From Corallochytrium limacisporum Hawaii (taxonomy: Eukaryota; Protista; Pluriformea), in assembly GCA_002811645.1 (NCBI GenBank), contig PDIP01000033.1, positions 62,001-126,000 on the forward strand: a stretch of 64,000 bases of DNA. Direction: 5' to 3'. This document shows, in pieces, positions 10,793 to 22,278 of this stretch (positions are counted from its first letter, which is position 1; each line of letters opens with the position of its first letter). The translations under genes and the position numbers were made by a program. The notes below the pieces were generated by a model. That model was not told where the DNA came from. It did not search any database and saw nothing but the letters and a program-made list of their open reading frames with translations.

Positions 10793-12163
10793 CTAATCCG
10801 TCTTATCCTTCCGGCCCCGGGTGCACATAGCGTAGAGGAACAGGAACGGCCAACAGCAGGCCAGGAATAGCATCAGAGCGACACCCTCGTCTTTTTGAGC
10901 TGCATTCCAGAGCCTCACGTAGCTGTCAGGGTTCTGTACGGTGCGGATGAAGGACATGATATGCTCAAATATTTGTTCCCAGCTTGGTAGCTTTTCACGC
11001 ACATATTTAATCTTCTCCGAGGTAGTCTCCGACTCGACCTTACTCCGCTTGCCCTCCTTCTTAATCTTGGCCTCGAAGGCATGTTTGGCCCAATTAATCG
11101 CAAAGTCTTTGTCATTCGTGATAAGCACGTTGTCGAACATGACATTACGACTAAGTGAAAGAAGTTCAAAACCAACGGCATCGATGGGTTGCATAGTCGT
11201 GAAGACATCCTGCTCATGGAACCCTGGGTTGTCAATCATCTTCGGGGTGAAAATGCCTTTGAATTGGGGGTTGCGGACCTGTGGCGGAGCCCAGGGACCA
11301 CTAGAGTCTTCGTTCCAGTCAGTGGGTTTCTCGGCATTCGGATCGTCGATATACTCACGATCGTCCCATGAATCTGGTTTTACATCCTTGGGGTCCGGGA
11401 TCATACGGGCAGGCATCAGCGGAGGGTCAAATTCCTTCTCAGCCGTCAGCGAACCTCCTCGCACAATCTGACGATCAATGTGTACATTAAAATTACCGTC
11501 CGAAAAGATCGCAAAGCCCACCATCTGCGTTTCGGTCTCCCGCCGGGCAATCTTGGGTGACTTTGTCATGTGGTGTTCTACTTCTTCACCCGTGATGGGG
11601 TTCTTTGTCTTGATAATGAAATGCAATTTGTTTGTGCTGCCACACACGTCCGGTCCAAACATGATGCTGTACGGAGTGGTGCCGTCAAACTGTGTGAGAT
11701 CCTTATCCTTCCGATTGGCGTTCAGGAGCTTCATGTAGCTTCCAGTGCATTCCAGACCCTCTTGAAAGCGAATCTCGTATTGCAGAATGAGATGATCTCC
11801 CTTACCAAATTCAAAGGGCTTCTCCAGATCGGCACTGATGGCATGACGCTCACCGAAGGACTTCATCACCAAGCCGCGGTCCCCGAGGAGGCCAGTCTTA
11901 GGGTCCTGAGGACCCTCCACATACCATTCACCAGGATATGTCTTCTCTCCACTCTCGTTCTTAGCATCACTGACAATCCAGCGATCCTTCCAGGCATCTT
12001 CATTAAAATGTTCACGAAGATAGACCGTAGTGTTCTCTCCTTTTTTAGGCAATGCTGCCGCCCTCTTTGCCAGTGTCTCAGGGTCGATCTCCTTCACTTT
12101 GATGGCATCGGTCACTGACATAAGCCCTACAAGGGCACCTATCACAATGCTTGTCGCCTTCAT
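10793..12163 (-). CDS. Calnexin-family ER lectin chaperone, divergent, with a short P-domain
   Basis: Signal peptide from the ATG at 12163, LILQYEIRFQEGLEC, YMKLL, YSIMFGPD.CG, P-domain repeats, a C-terminal transmembrane helix and the KxKxx tail KDKTD. Confidence 0.9.
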   Translation of the reverse strand: MKATSIVIGALVGLMSVTDAIKVKEIDPETLAKRAAALPKKGENTTVYLREHFNEDAWKDRWIVSDAKNESGEKTYPGEWYVEGPQDPKTGLLGDRGLVMKSFGERHAISADLEKPFEFGKGDHLILQYEIRFQEGLECTGSYMKLLNANRKDKDLTQFDGTTPYSIMFGPDVCGSTNKLHFIIKTKNPITGEEVEHHMTKSPKIARRETETQMVGFAIFSDGNFNVHIDRQIVRGGSLTAEKEFDPPLMPARMIPDPKDVKPDSWDDREYIDDPNAEKPTDWNEDSSGPWAPPQVRNPQFKGIFTPKMIDNPGFHEQDVFTTMQPIDAVGFELLSLSRNVMFDNVLITNDKDFAINWAKHAFEAKIKKEGKRSKVESETTSEKIKYVREKLPSWEQIFEHIMSFIRTVQNPDSYVRLWNAAQKDEGVALMLFLACCWPFLFLYAMCTRGRKDKTD

Positions 12164-13118
12164 GATTTGATCATCAAATTTGGGCAACAACAACCAGAGA
12201 TAGCACCTCAACACAGAAACACTAATAGAATTGGACGCCGCTATCAGTTAAGTACCGATTCAAGACTTGCCACCATCAGACTCTGTGCCTAATCTGGGCA
12301 CTGCCGTGACCTCTCCCGACTCACTGTCTTACCCTCTAACATCCCTAAAAGGTTGTACAGATTTCCTTGATGAGTGTGTCTCTCCCACACACACTTTCTA
12401 AACATTCCAACCATAATTTTCTGTTTTGTGCCACACTACTCTCAGCACGCAATGGTGGTCCGGTTTTGGTGATCGGGTAGCGATAGGAAGCAGGAAAAGA
12501 ACAGGCATTGCAGCCCAGAACCATCACACATCGCTCGTATAGGAACACCTTCGGTGTAAACAGATGTCGACGGTTGTAGTCTACAAATGGGAAGAGTGTC
12601 TCTCACTTTGACAACAACTCCGATAACAGCAGCAAACCCGCAACCATGACTGTAGTTGTTGTTGTGGCCGCGGTATGGTACTTTCACTATGAAACTGAGA
12701 CCCTTCCGGCAAACCTACGCGCAGGCCTTCCACCACCGAGATTTGGAACCCTCTCTATGGTTTTAATTCAGGAAGTGGCTAGAACCCAATGTTAGGGGAC
12801 CATCTACAACGCTCAGGAAGAAACTCTCGGCTTTTGAGCGCGAAAAGTTCAGAGTCGCTGGCAGGAGGGAGGGTTCATGGTAAGTGGATGCGATCGAGAC
12901 TGCTATAGTTGCCCTGCTGCAAGCTGACCCTTTCACCGCCGATCACCACCACCCTATACACTGTTTCCTCAATCCCAGCAATCCTCCTGGTACAATTGTG
13001 GTGTTTAAGACCATCATGCGCGAGTATGTAAGAATATTCAGAACTAAATACGGTAATACATAAGAAACCCATCTATAGGCTCAAGGTAGCAAGTGGTCTA
13101 TAGAACCACAGTTCAAAG

Positions 13119-16100
13119 ATGGTACTTGATAAAGAACAGGATGAGTCCATCCAGCGCATGCTGGAGCGTCAGCATCAGAGCGATGTGATAGATTCCCGGT
13201 TTGGATTTCAGCCATTGACGGCCGGAACAGAAGTCGGTTGGTTATCGAATATCCAACCCAGCTATTTGAAGGAAAGCGACGCAGAGGTGCGCAGCTCCGT
13301 AGATTTCTATTTCCATGGCCAAACTGGGAACCAGTTCAAGGTACGTGTGCCACATAGACCTTATTTCTACATTGGAGTATACGGTTCGTACCATGCTGAA
13401 GTTTCTCAATGGCTGACAAGAAAATTCGAGGGTCTGCTGGCAGACGTAGAGGTGGTAGAGAAAGATGATCTTGATCTCAAGAACCACCTTGTCGGTATTA
13501 AGAGGACTTATTTAAAGCTTCTTTTCAACAATGTTATGAATTTAATGGCAGTCCGGAAGGTTTTACAGCCTGCAGTTCGCAGAAATATCCGTGCCTTGGA
13601 AGCCAAGGGTGCTGACCTAAACCTAGCTCAGAACCTCAGCGATAATGACAGTGGTCATGATGATGACGAAGAGGATCCCTATGCCCAAGCGAGGAACCGT
13701 AGATCAGGAACCGCAGATAAGGATCCCATTAATCTCGTCGTAGACTTGCGTGAATATGATATCCCTCACCACATTCGAGTTTGCATTGATGAGGATATTT
13801 GCTGTGGTAAGTGGTTTGAAGTTTCAGCTATTGCGGGACAGGTATCTTTCAAACCACGGGAGGATTTACTAGAATGGGCAAAGCCCAAAGTTTGCGCATT
13901 TGACATCGAGACTACGAAACTTCCTCTGAGGTTTCCGGATGCCAAGAATGATCACATCATGATGATTTCGTACATGATTGATGGCATCGGGTATCTAATT
14001 GTGAATCGGGAGATTGTAAGTGAAGACATTGAGGACTTTGAGTATACACCGAAACCTGAGTACCAAGGACTATTCAAGATTTTCAACGAGGCAAACGAAC
14101 AGGCGCTGTTGCGCAGATGGTTTGATCACATGCAGAGCGAAAAGCCTACTATATATGTAACATACAACGGTGACTTCTTCGATTGGCCCTTCATTGACGA
14201 ACGTGCCAAAGCTTATGGCATAAGCATGCACAAGGAGATAGGTTATGGAGTGGCCCGGGGAGCGAAGGAATACCTCAGCCGTTACGGTAATCATATGGAC
14301 TGCTTTAGTTGGGTACAACGAGACAGTTATCTACCCCAGGGATCACAGGGTCTGAAAGCCGTAACAAAGGCGAAGCTGGGATACGATCCATTGGAATTGG
14401 ATCCCGAAGACATGGCACCGTTCGCGCAGGAGAAACCGCAGGTGTTGGCCCGGTATTCAGTGTCCGACGCGGTGTGTACCTACTACCTGTACAAGAAGTA
14501 CGTTGAGCCCTTCATATTTGCTTTGTGCACTATCATTCCAATGGAGCCTGATAGCGTCCTGCGAAAGGGGTCTGGGACCCTGTGTGAAACTCTGCTCATG
14601 GTTCAAGCATACCGGGCGAGTGTGATTATGCCAAACAAACACCATAGTGGTCACAGTCGCTTCCACAATAACCATATGTTACAGTCTGAAACATACGTCG
14701 GCGGTCACGTAGAGTGTCTTGAAGCCGGTGTGTTCCGGAACGACATACCTTGCAGATTTAACGTTGATCGAGACACTGTTGAGCGACTGATTGATGAGGT
14801 TGAAGAGACTCTTGTGCACTGCTGCAAGACCGAAATGGGTGTTGAGGAACACGAGATCACAAATTTACAGGAGGCAGTAAAGGAAGTGGTCGCTCCTCTG
14901 CAGGAGTTTTGCAAAGAGCCAAACCGCAAGGAGAATCCATTGATCTATCACTTGGACGTTGGCGCAATGTATCCCAACATCATTTTGACAAATCGGTTAC
15001 AGCCTACTGCCATGGTAAATGACGAGATCTGTGCCGCTTGTGACTTTAATCGACCAGCCAACCAGTGCCAGAGAAAGATGGTGTGGACCTGGCGTGGCGA
15101 CTACTACTCTGCTACCACCGCTGAAGTCAACCATGTACGCAGTCAGCTCGAAACCGAACGATTTGTCCCAGAGGAAGGTGGAGCTGAAGTGCCTTACCTG
15201 AAGCTTCATCCCAAGGAACAGCAGAAAAGACTCCGGGAACGTGTACAACAGTACAGTCACAAAGCCTACAAGAAGGCAAAGATTACCAGCATTGAGCCCC
15301 GAGAGAACACTGTGTGCATGCGGGAGAACTCATTCTACATTGACACGGTCCGTGCTTTCCGTGATCGTCGCTACGAGTACAAAGGCATGGTCAAGCAGTG
15401 GAAGAAAAAGTTTGGGGATGCGGTATCGCCGACTGAGAAGATGAAGGCGAACACAATGGTTATTCTTTATGATTCGCTGCAGTTGGCTCATAAGTGCATT
15501 CTAAACTCTTTCTACGGCTATGTCATGCGGAAGGGTGCTCGATGGTACTCGATGGAGATGGCTGGTATTGTGTGTCTTACAGGTGCCACCATCATCACCC
15601 GTGCGCGTGAATTGGTGGAAAAGGTCGGTAGACCCCTGGAATTGGACACTGATGGTATTTGGTGTATTCTGCCGGGGACTTTTCCGCAAGATGTCGATAT
15701 AACCACCACAAACCCGAAGAAGCCTAAAGTGCGTGTGAGTTACCCTGCCGCACTGCTGAATAAGCTTGTCTTCGACGGTTTTACCAACCATCAGTACCAG
15801 ACTCTCGTAGACAGACAACGACTAAAGTATGAGATGAGCTCTGAGAACTCAATCTTCTTCGAAGTCGATGGCCCATACAAAGCCATGATACTACCCGCCT
15901 CCAAGGTCGAGGACCAGCTGCTGAAAAAGCGGTACGCGGTGTTTAATCTAGATGGATCTCTTGCTGAACTTAAAGGCTTTGAATTGAAGCGCAGGGGGGA
16001 GTTAAAGCTGATCAAAATCTTCCAAGGCGAAGTTTTTGAAGTGTTCCTGCAAGGACACGACCTGCAAACCTGCTACCAGGCTGTGGGTGCCGTGGCTGAT

Positions 16101-19100
16101 CGCTGGCTGAATGTCCTCGTAAGTAAAGCTAGCACGATCGAAGATGATGAATTAATTGATCTCATTAGTGAGAACAAAAACATGAGTCGTCAGCTGAGTG
16201 AGTATGAAGGTCAGAAGAGCACGAGCATCACAACAGCCCGTCGGTTGGCCGAATTCTTAGGCGATGAAATGGTCAAGGATGCGGGCCTGAACTGTAAGTA
16301 CATTGTCTCCAAGAAACCTCATGGTGTGCCAGTGACCATGCGCGCGGTCCCTGTTGCAATTTTCCAGGCTGATGAGGCAACCCGCAACTTTTATTTGCGC
16401 CGGTGGTTGAAGGATCCTCGCCAAACCGACTTCGACATCCGCACTGTATTGGATTGGGACTACTACATCGAACGGCTAGGAAGCACTATTCAAAAAATCA
16501 TCACAATTCCAGCGGCTTTACAGCGAATCTCGAATCCCGTACCGCGTGTTGCCCATCCTGACTGGCTGTACCGCCGTATTCGCCATGGTATTGACCACGG
16601 CCAGCAGCGGAGCCTTAAGAACATGCTTCAGGAGGCAACTGATCGCGCCCCAGTGAAGATGGCTGACATTGAGGAGTTTGGATCAGATAAGACCACATCA
16701 GGCGAGAAGATGGCCGTGGTAACCAAACGGCGCAAGCCACAAAACGATCTGACACCGGAGCAGCAACTGCTTCGATTGGGTCCTGTACCGGATGAGAACG
16801 AGAACCCTAAGGCGTGGCTGTTGCACATGAAGGTCAAATGGCGTCTACAGCTCCGCGTGCGCAAGCGCCGCCGTGTCGACCGAATGGGTGGCGCTGCTGG
16901 TGTTGCCTCCATGGCTCGCAGCCTTGACGTGAGCAAACAGAGCGGCTTTGCGAGTCTGGCATTCCACTCTCGTGATCGTACTCTGCAGTCATGCATGTGG
17001 CACGTGCTGAGTGCCGTGCCGTCCGAGAATCCAGGTGTATTCGACGTCTGGGTTGTTGCTGGCGGCCAACCGTTCAAAGTCAGCATTGATGTTCCGCGTG
17101 TAATCTACTATAATCATGCAAGTGAGGAACCGTACAGTCCTGAGCATGTACCTATCAATCGGGCTCTTCCGCACCAGAAACGCATCCTAAACCTTTACAA
17201 GCTTCAGACCCCTGAAGAGGAATACCAGAAGCAACTCGCGAAGCTCGAGCTTTTGTTCGCGGATCCCACTCTGGAGGGCGTCTATGAGACCCAGATCGAC
17301 CCAAATCTAAGGTTCAATCTCTTCATTGGGAACCGTTGCAGCCTACGTCGTGAGAAACTAACAGAGATTAGCACGCGTATGTCTTCAGTGTATCAAAGGG
17401 ACGACCTCCAGAGTGCAGTCACCGACAAGCACGAACAGAATTACTTAGAAGGTGTCGATTTGCATCGCATCTACATCAACCATACTCAAAGTCCTGCCGG
17501 TGGCCATGGTCTCTACGGTCTGGTCATGGGTAAATCTGCCGTTGGTCATATCTACATCGTCGACACCCGCAAGGGCCACCAACCGTTGTCCGGCGTGCAG
17601 AGCGTTTGGCAACAGACTCTCGGCGATGCAGGTGAGCAGATCGAGCAGCTTGTGCAATTGAAGGGATGTAATACTGACGGCGCTATAAAGCCCCAGAAGC
17701 TGGAGCGCTTTGAGGTTCAAACCTTTAAGACCCATCGCGAGGCCCTCCGTAGCATCCAACAGCAGATTCTTAACATCAAGGATCAACCAAACAAGAGCCG
17801 AATTCCTACCATTGACACAATTTTCCTCGAATCTGGCACTCTGACGACTGAGCAGCTCTATCGCTCCGCTTCTATGCTGCGCGAGATGCCCCTGGTACGA
17901 CTCGAGGCCGACTCACGAGACAGTCAATACGCCAGCGTCGGCTGGGAGGCCCAGGCCCTGCGGACCTTCTTCCAGTCTGTGGTTGTTTTTGAGCTCGAGT
18001 ACCACGAACTTATGAAGTTCAGCAACGCATGCCATGTACCCCTAGGACACTGGCCTCGTGCCCGCGCCACATATGGCATGGACATGGAATACAGTCGTCG
18101 TCTGGACCAGGCAGGTCAGATGCTCTGGATCTCCTATGATGACCATCCGGACTTGGGTAACCCCTTGGCAGAGCACACATCCCTGATCACCACTCATGGG
18201 CAAGTCAAACAGAGACGTTGGCGAAAGAATGTCCCCGGCGGCTACCACCGCATCTGTCTCGATCTCAGGATCCATAATTTGCTCATCACTGCCATCATGG
18301 GTGCCTTCTCCCTTGATGAGAGCGAAGCTTTGCAGTTTGCGGACAAACAAGCAATCAGCCTCGATGCTCCGAGCCGTCGCATCAAGGACGACGAGAGTAA
18401 ACACCTTAATCTGGACGAAGCCCAGCCCATGGAGACGGCAGACGCAATCCCCGCCTTCCGTGTTCTGCAACAACTGATCCAGGAAATGTTTAAGGACACT
18501 GTGCGTGATCCAGGACGCAGCCACACGCTACGAGTAATGCTGGGCAATCTTGAGTCGTACCTGCGCGACAAGTCTGCCTTGCTGCATGACCCTGCTCTGA
18601 CCGCCCTGATTGACATTATGGCACGTCAGTGCCTCGACAAACTGTTGATTGCCCTGCGCAAACTAGGCGCTGTCATTGTCCACGCCACCACTGAGCGCAT
18701 TGTCATTGCGTCCCACTCTTTCGACTTTGATGCCGGTGTGTCCTACCTGGAGCACATCAAGGGCACGTTGCACCGTATGCCTCGGTTTCGTGCAATCGAA
18801 TTGGAGCTGGACGGCATGTGGGATTATTTGCTATGGATGGACCCGAACAACTATGGTGGCGTCCAATATGACCTATCGTCGTGGAATGGCTCACTGTCCC
18901 GGACCCCGCGTCCGACCCAGGGAACCGCGCCTGTGACTACAACCGAACCACCATCAAAGCTGATCAATCTGCGGTGGAACATTGAGCGTTATTTGCCACT
19001 GTCCCTACAGAACAACTTTAATGAATACGTGGAGACCTTTATTAGGACAGTTTACGAGACCCGCGAGACGATCCAAGAGCACGGAATGGCCGCGGGACAC

Positions 19101-19892
19101 AGCGAGGGCGGTGACTTTGTGCGTCAGGACCAGCGCAACGCCTCGCTTGACCTTGAGGCTTCGCAATTACAGAAGTGGGTCACAGAGCAACTGGCCGACG
19201 TGCTGTGCAATGAGATCCCGGTCATGAATCGGATGCTCAAGGCAGATCATCTCAGCAAAGTCGAGCAAACTGCCGCATTCCCTGTGCTGCCGGGTTCCCA
19301 TCTGCCTCTCAACGATCCCACCCTTGAGTTGGTCAAGAGTGTCTGTCATGTTCTTATGCTAGATAAGCGCATTACCAAAGATATGCAGAGCCTCAAAAAC
19401 AGCCTGCTACTGCAGATGGACATGCGCCAGTTCAGCGATGAGGTCGTCTTCCGCAACCCTTGCATGAGCTTCGAGATCAAGAACGTGGTGTGCCAGAGCT
19501 GCCAGGTCGGCAATAACATTGATATTTGCAGTGACTTCCTCACTGATGAAGAGACGGGCCAGGTAGTACTGGCCTGCCGATACTGTGAGACGCCCTTTGA
19601 CCTGGCAGTCTTTGATTACTTGCTTTGCGAGCAGCTGAATGACATGCTTGCGGCGTACCAGACGCAGGACCTCGAGTGCAGCAAGTGCCACCTAATCGCT
19701 ACAAGCCACCTGGCCAAGACATGTACCTGCAGCGCTCCCTTGCGTGCCCGCATGCGTCCCAAGGTTTTGCGCGATCAGTTTCGCGTGCTGGACAACGTTG
19801 CCAACTTCTACAACTTCCAGAGCCTGAAGGAAAGCGTCGGATTTGTCCGCACATACGGTGGTGGTATGGGTGCGATGCCCACTGCCGCGTAA
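13119..19892 (+). CDS. POLE: DNA polymerase epsilon catalytic subunit
   Basis: Exonuclease motifs FDIETTK, YNGDFFDWPF and YSVSDA; polymerase motifs YHLDVGAMYPNI, KCILNSFYGY and ELDTDG; CysX cysteines and two C-terminal Cys clusters; 2257 aa. Confidence 0.99.
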   Translation: MVLDKEQDESIQRMLERQHQSDVIDSRFGFQPLTAGTEVGWLSNIQPSYLKESDAEVRSSVDFYFHGQTGNQFKVRVPHRPYFYIGVYGSYHAEVSQWLTRKFEGLLADVEVVEKDDLDLKNHLVGIKRTYLKLLFNNVMNLMAVRKVLQPAVRRNIRALEAKGADLNLAQNLSDNDSGHDDDEEDPYAQARNRRSGTADKDPINLVVDLREYDIPHHIRVCIDEDICCGKWFEVSAIAGQVSFKPREDLLEWAKPKVCAFDIETTKLPLRFPDAKNDHIMMISYMIDGIGYLIVNREIVSEDIEDFEYTPKPEYQGLFKIFNEANEQALLRRWFDHMQSEKPTIYVTYNGDFFDWPFIDERAKAYGISMHKEIGYGVARGAKEYLSRYGNHMDCFSWVQRDSYLPQGSQGLKAVTKAKLGYDPLELDPEDMAPFAQEKPQVLARYSVSDAVCTYYLYKKYVEPFIFALCTIIPMEPDSVLRKGSGTLCETLLMVQAYRASVIMPNKHHSGHSRFHNNHMLQSETYVGGHVECLEAGVFRNDIPCRFNVDRDTVERLIDEVEETLVHCCKTEMGVEEHEITNLQEAVKEVVAPLQEFCKEPNRKENPLIYHLDVGAMYPNIILTNRLQPTAMVNDEICAACDFNRPANQCQRKMVWTWRGDYYSATTAEVNHVRSQLETERFVPEEGGAEVPYLKLHPKEQQKRLRERVQQYSHKAYKKAKITSIEPRENTVCMRENSFYIDTVRAFRDRRYEYKGMVKQWKKKFGDAVSPTEKMKANTMVILYDSLQLAHKCILNSFYGYVMRKGARWYSMEMAGIVCLTGATIITRARELVEKVGRPLELDTDGIWCILPGTFPQDVDITTTNPKKPKVRVSYPAALLNKLVFDGFTNHQYQTLVDRQRLKYEMSSENSIFFEVDGPYKAMILPASKVEDQLLKKRYAVFNLDGSLAELKGFELKRRGELKLIKIFQGEVFEVFLQGHDLQTCYQAVGAVADRWLNVLVSKASTIEDDELIDLISENKNMSRQLSEYEGQKSTSITTARRLAEFLGDEMVKDAGLNCKYIVSKKPHGVPVTMRAVPVAIFQADEATRNFYLRRWLKDPRQTDFDIRTVLDWDYYIERLGSTIQKIITIPAALQRISNPVPRVAHPDWLYRRIRHGIDHGQQRSLKNMLQEATDRAPVKMADIEEFGSDKTTSGEKMAVVTKRRKPQNDLTPEQQLLRLGPVPDENENPKAWLLHMKVKWRLQLRVRKRRRVDRMGGAAGVASMARSLDVSKQSGFASLAFHSRDRTLQSCMWHVLSAVPSENPGVFDVWVVAGGQPFKVSIDVPRVIYYNHASEEPYSPEHVPINRALPHQKRILNLYKLQTPEEEYQKQLAKLELLFADPTLEGVYETQIDPNLRFNLFIGNRCSLRREKLTEISTRMSSVYQRDDLQSAVTDKHEQNYLEGVDLHRIYINHTQSPAGGHGLYGLVMGKSAVGHIYIVDTRKGHQPLSGVQSVWQQTLGDAGEQIEQLVQLKGCNTDGAIKPQKLERFEVQTFKTHREALRSIQQQILNIKDQPNKSRIPTIDTIFLESGTLTTEQLYRSASMLREMPLVRLEADSRDSQYASVGWEAQALRTFFQSVVVFELEYHELMKFSNACHVPLGHWPRARATYGMDMEYSRRLDQAGQMLWISYDDHPDLGNPLAEHTSLITTHGQVKQRRWRKNVPGGYHRICLDLRIHNLLITAIMGAFSLDESEALQFADKQAISLDAPSRRIKDDESKHLNLDEAQPMETADAIPAFRVLQQLIQEMFKDTVRDPGRSHTLRVMLGNLESYLRDKSALLHDPALTALIDIMARQCLDKLLIALRKLGAVIVHATTERIVIASHSFDFDAGVSYLEHIKGTLHRMPRFRAIELELDGMWDYLLWMDPNNYGGVQYDLSSWNGSLSRTPRPTQGTAPVTTTEPPSKLINLRWNIERYLPLSLQNNFNEYVETFIRTVYETRETIQEHGMAAGHSEGGDFVRQDQRNASLDLEASQLQKWVTEQLADVLCNEIPVMNRMLKADHLSKVEQTAAFPVLPGSHLPLNDPTLELVKSVCHVLMLDKRITKDMQSLKNSLLLQMDMRQFSDEVVFRNPCMSFEIKNVVCQSCQVGNNIDICSDFLTDEETGQVVLACRYCETPFDLAVFDYLLCEQLNDMLAAYQTQDLECSKCHLIATSHLAKTCTCSAPLRARMRPKVLRDQFRVLDNVANFYNFQSLKESVGFVRTYGGGMGAMPTAA

Positions 19893-20001
19893 CCGCAACA
19901 ATGTGGAACTACAATTAATGCTGTAATGGCACCGGACTGTAACCTTACAATTACTATAGTACACTGACTAGATTTTGGTCTGTAATCTTAACGAGATCGC
20001 A

Positions 20002-21801
20002 TTATCCACCAGCCACTTTCCGGTCTGGCATCGGTAAGCAAACATTGTGAAAGTTGCCCTGCGTGCCCTTTACACTGAAGGTCTCCGCGGTGTGCCACGC
20101 AATGTACCCCCGTCTCTGGGCCTCGGCGAGACGCTCGGTTTCGAGAGCGTGTCCTCCGAGACTGCCTGGGTTGAACCGAAAGTGGGGATCGAGGACCAAA
20201 AACTCTGTTTCTGCCAAAGGAGCGTCCCGGACCCAACGCACTCCGCACAGTGTCTGTGCCTCTACTCCGCCGCCGATCATTCCTGGTGTTGCAAATGTTT
20301 GAAAGTGTTCCAAGAGATCCTCGCGGTGGTTGGCCAGGCCGCACACATCACCATCGGCAGCGACATGAATGATGCGGCAAGGAACCTCAAACTGGTCATC
20401 CAGGTAAGCACTGACTTCCATTGAACCGATCCATTGGTCGTTGCGTGGAAGATCGCACATTGATTTACGCAACACGTCCTGGGTCTGACCACCATGGTGA
20501 GGCACTCTGCACTCACAGCCGTGGCCCCGCAGTTCATCCGTGGCTGTGCGTTCGCAGCATCTCCCGGTGAGGATAAGATTACTCACTAAACTTTGCAGAC
20601 TCCGATATGCACAGCCCCAGCCGGCGTCGGCGATGCCTTGCATTCCGTAGTGGAAGTAGACCACAGGGGTTGAGATGATGGCCACGCTGATATCCTTAGA
20701 CAGTAACGATGATCCCAGTGGGACCAGCGACCGTTGAATCAATGGCAGGGCATGATGCGGGTAGATGCCCACCACTACTGGCCCCTCTGCCGCAGCCGTC
20801 GGTGACGATCCCACCCGCTTCTCCTTCTTGTGTTTGTTTGCAAACGATGGAGATGGTGATGACGCACAATGCAGTATCCCTAGTTGGTCCTGACTTCCTC
20901 CCATCATTGGGTCCGAATACCTTCGGAATGAGGTCTTCTTCGTCGACAGTGCCCCGTGGCCGCTCCACACAGGGTGCATCCTTGGATATCGGTGCGAGTG
21001 ATAGATTGTGTCACAGGTCACCACCATCGTGCGGTCCGGATCGATGGTCGTCCGTACCACTGGATCCCCATCCTGGCTTCCGGCAACGAGTGCTTCAAAA
21101 TCCACCACCGTGGGACACTGAGGACAAGACTCTTCCTTGTGCTCCTTCTGATGTACTGCCACCCGGTTTAGAAAGGTGTCCAGGCTCGCTTTGAACTCCT
21201 CGGACTCTGTTCCATTGATGTGGGCCCAGCAGGTCGATGATTCCTTCTTAACTGAGTTGCAATTTACGTCTTGAGGACATAGTATCACACGACAATGACA
21301 AGATGTCTGTCGCACTGTCGCCAAAATGCTTGCAGTATCAGCCACCACACCAGTAACTGGTTCTCCAGTGTCGTCCACCCACCTGACTGCCCTCGAACGG
21401 ATCCTCCACACAGATTCATTGGTCGACACTCTGCTGTCACTTGCCCCCTGAATGGCAGATTCAACAAGTTTTATGTTGGGCTGTATGTTCATGTTGTTTC
21501 CAATGGGCCATAACACGGCGGATCCGGTGTCACTGGGAACGCCTCTCCATCCATTCGCGGCAAATGAATTCGGGTCTTCTGTCTCACCGACGGTCCGCAG
21601 GTCGGTGAGGTAGAGTCTGGCGACCGTTCCTGAGTTTTCAACCGCAACAACCACAAATCCATTTATTCCAACCGCCTTTCCATCATCTGCACGACGAAGC
21701 TTGTCAACGAGCCTGAAGAACAATTCCGTCGGGATGACAGAGACCTGCAATTCATATGACCGATTTGCACACGCAGGCACAGACCACCAGCACTGTGCCA
21801 T
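20002..21801 (-). CDS. UFSP2: Ufm1-specific cysteine protease (peptidase C78), long UFSP2-type
   Basis: YFHY...DAGWGCAYRSLQ (catalytic Cys), QWIGSME, MIGGG and LVLDPHF (Asp-Pro-His box). The first ATG is at 21801. Confidence 0.85.
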   Translation of the reverse strand: MAQCWWSVPACANRSYELQVSVIPTELFFRLVDKLRRADDGKAVGINGFVVVAVENSGTVARLYLTDLRTVGETEDPNSFAANGWRGVPSDTGSAVLWPIGNNMNIQPNIKLVESAIQGASDSRVSTNESVWRIRSRAVRWVDDTGEPVTGVVADTASILATVRQTSCHCRVILCPQDVNCNSVKKESSTCWAHINGTESEEFKASLDTFLNRVAVHQKEHKEESCPQCPTVVDFEALVAGSQDGDPVVRTTIDPDRTMVVTCDTIYHSHRYPRMHPVWSGHGALSTKKTSFRRYSDPMMGGSQDQLGILHCASSPSPSFANKHKKEKRVGSSPTAAAEGPVVVGIYPHHALPLIQRSLVPLGSSLLSKDISVAIISTPVVYFHYGMQGIADAGWGCAYRSLQSLVSNLILTGRCCERTATDELRGHGCECRVPHHGGQTQDVLRKSMCDLPRNDQWIGSMEVSAYLDDQFEVPCRIIHVAADGDVCGLANHREDLLEHFQTFATPGMIGGGVEAQTLCGVRWVRDAPLAETEFLVLDPHFRFNPGSLGGHALETERLAEAQRRGYIAWHTAETFSVKGTQGNFHNVCLPMPDRKVAGG

Positions 21802-22278
21802 TGTTGGTTTCGTTGCCAACTGGTCACACCATTATTATCTTCCCGTTTACCGGTGATGAGACGTGTTTACCGTATGCACACTCAACGGCTATCCGCGAGC
21901 CCCCGGGTCAATCTGTGTCCCCCTTCAAATACTGTGCGTCCGAGGACGAGGAAGGGAGGGTGGTCCCCGTTCATTTCGTAGTGGGGAATGGTTGGCCGAC
22001 TCGGTGCAAGCGCTCGGGCGCATGTCATGTCATGAAAATATTGCAAAGGGTGTCTTTTGGTAAGCACAATGTATTTTCAGTAGTCTTTGTAAGTGATTTA
22101 AGAATGCATGAGACCTATAACTAATAAACAGACAAGTGATGTGACATGGAAGCGCCCTCGTCTCGGACTGTTCTCCTTGCTTGGCGTGCAAGGTACCTGA
22201 CGACATTGAACTCATCCCGGTTGCAAATTGCCAGTCGTGAGTTTGTTCCATTGACAATGATCTTGCTGCTCTTTCCGT

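Noticed and set aside
12690-12730. CTGAGA-CCCTT...AACCT...GCGCAGG resembling parts of a TPP riboswitch
   Set aside because: It lacks the P5 stem-loop and the GAUC/UAAU elements, and neither neighbouring gene is thiamine related.
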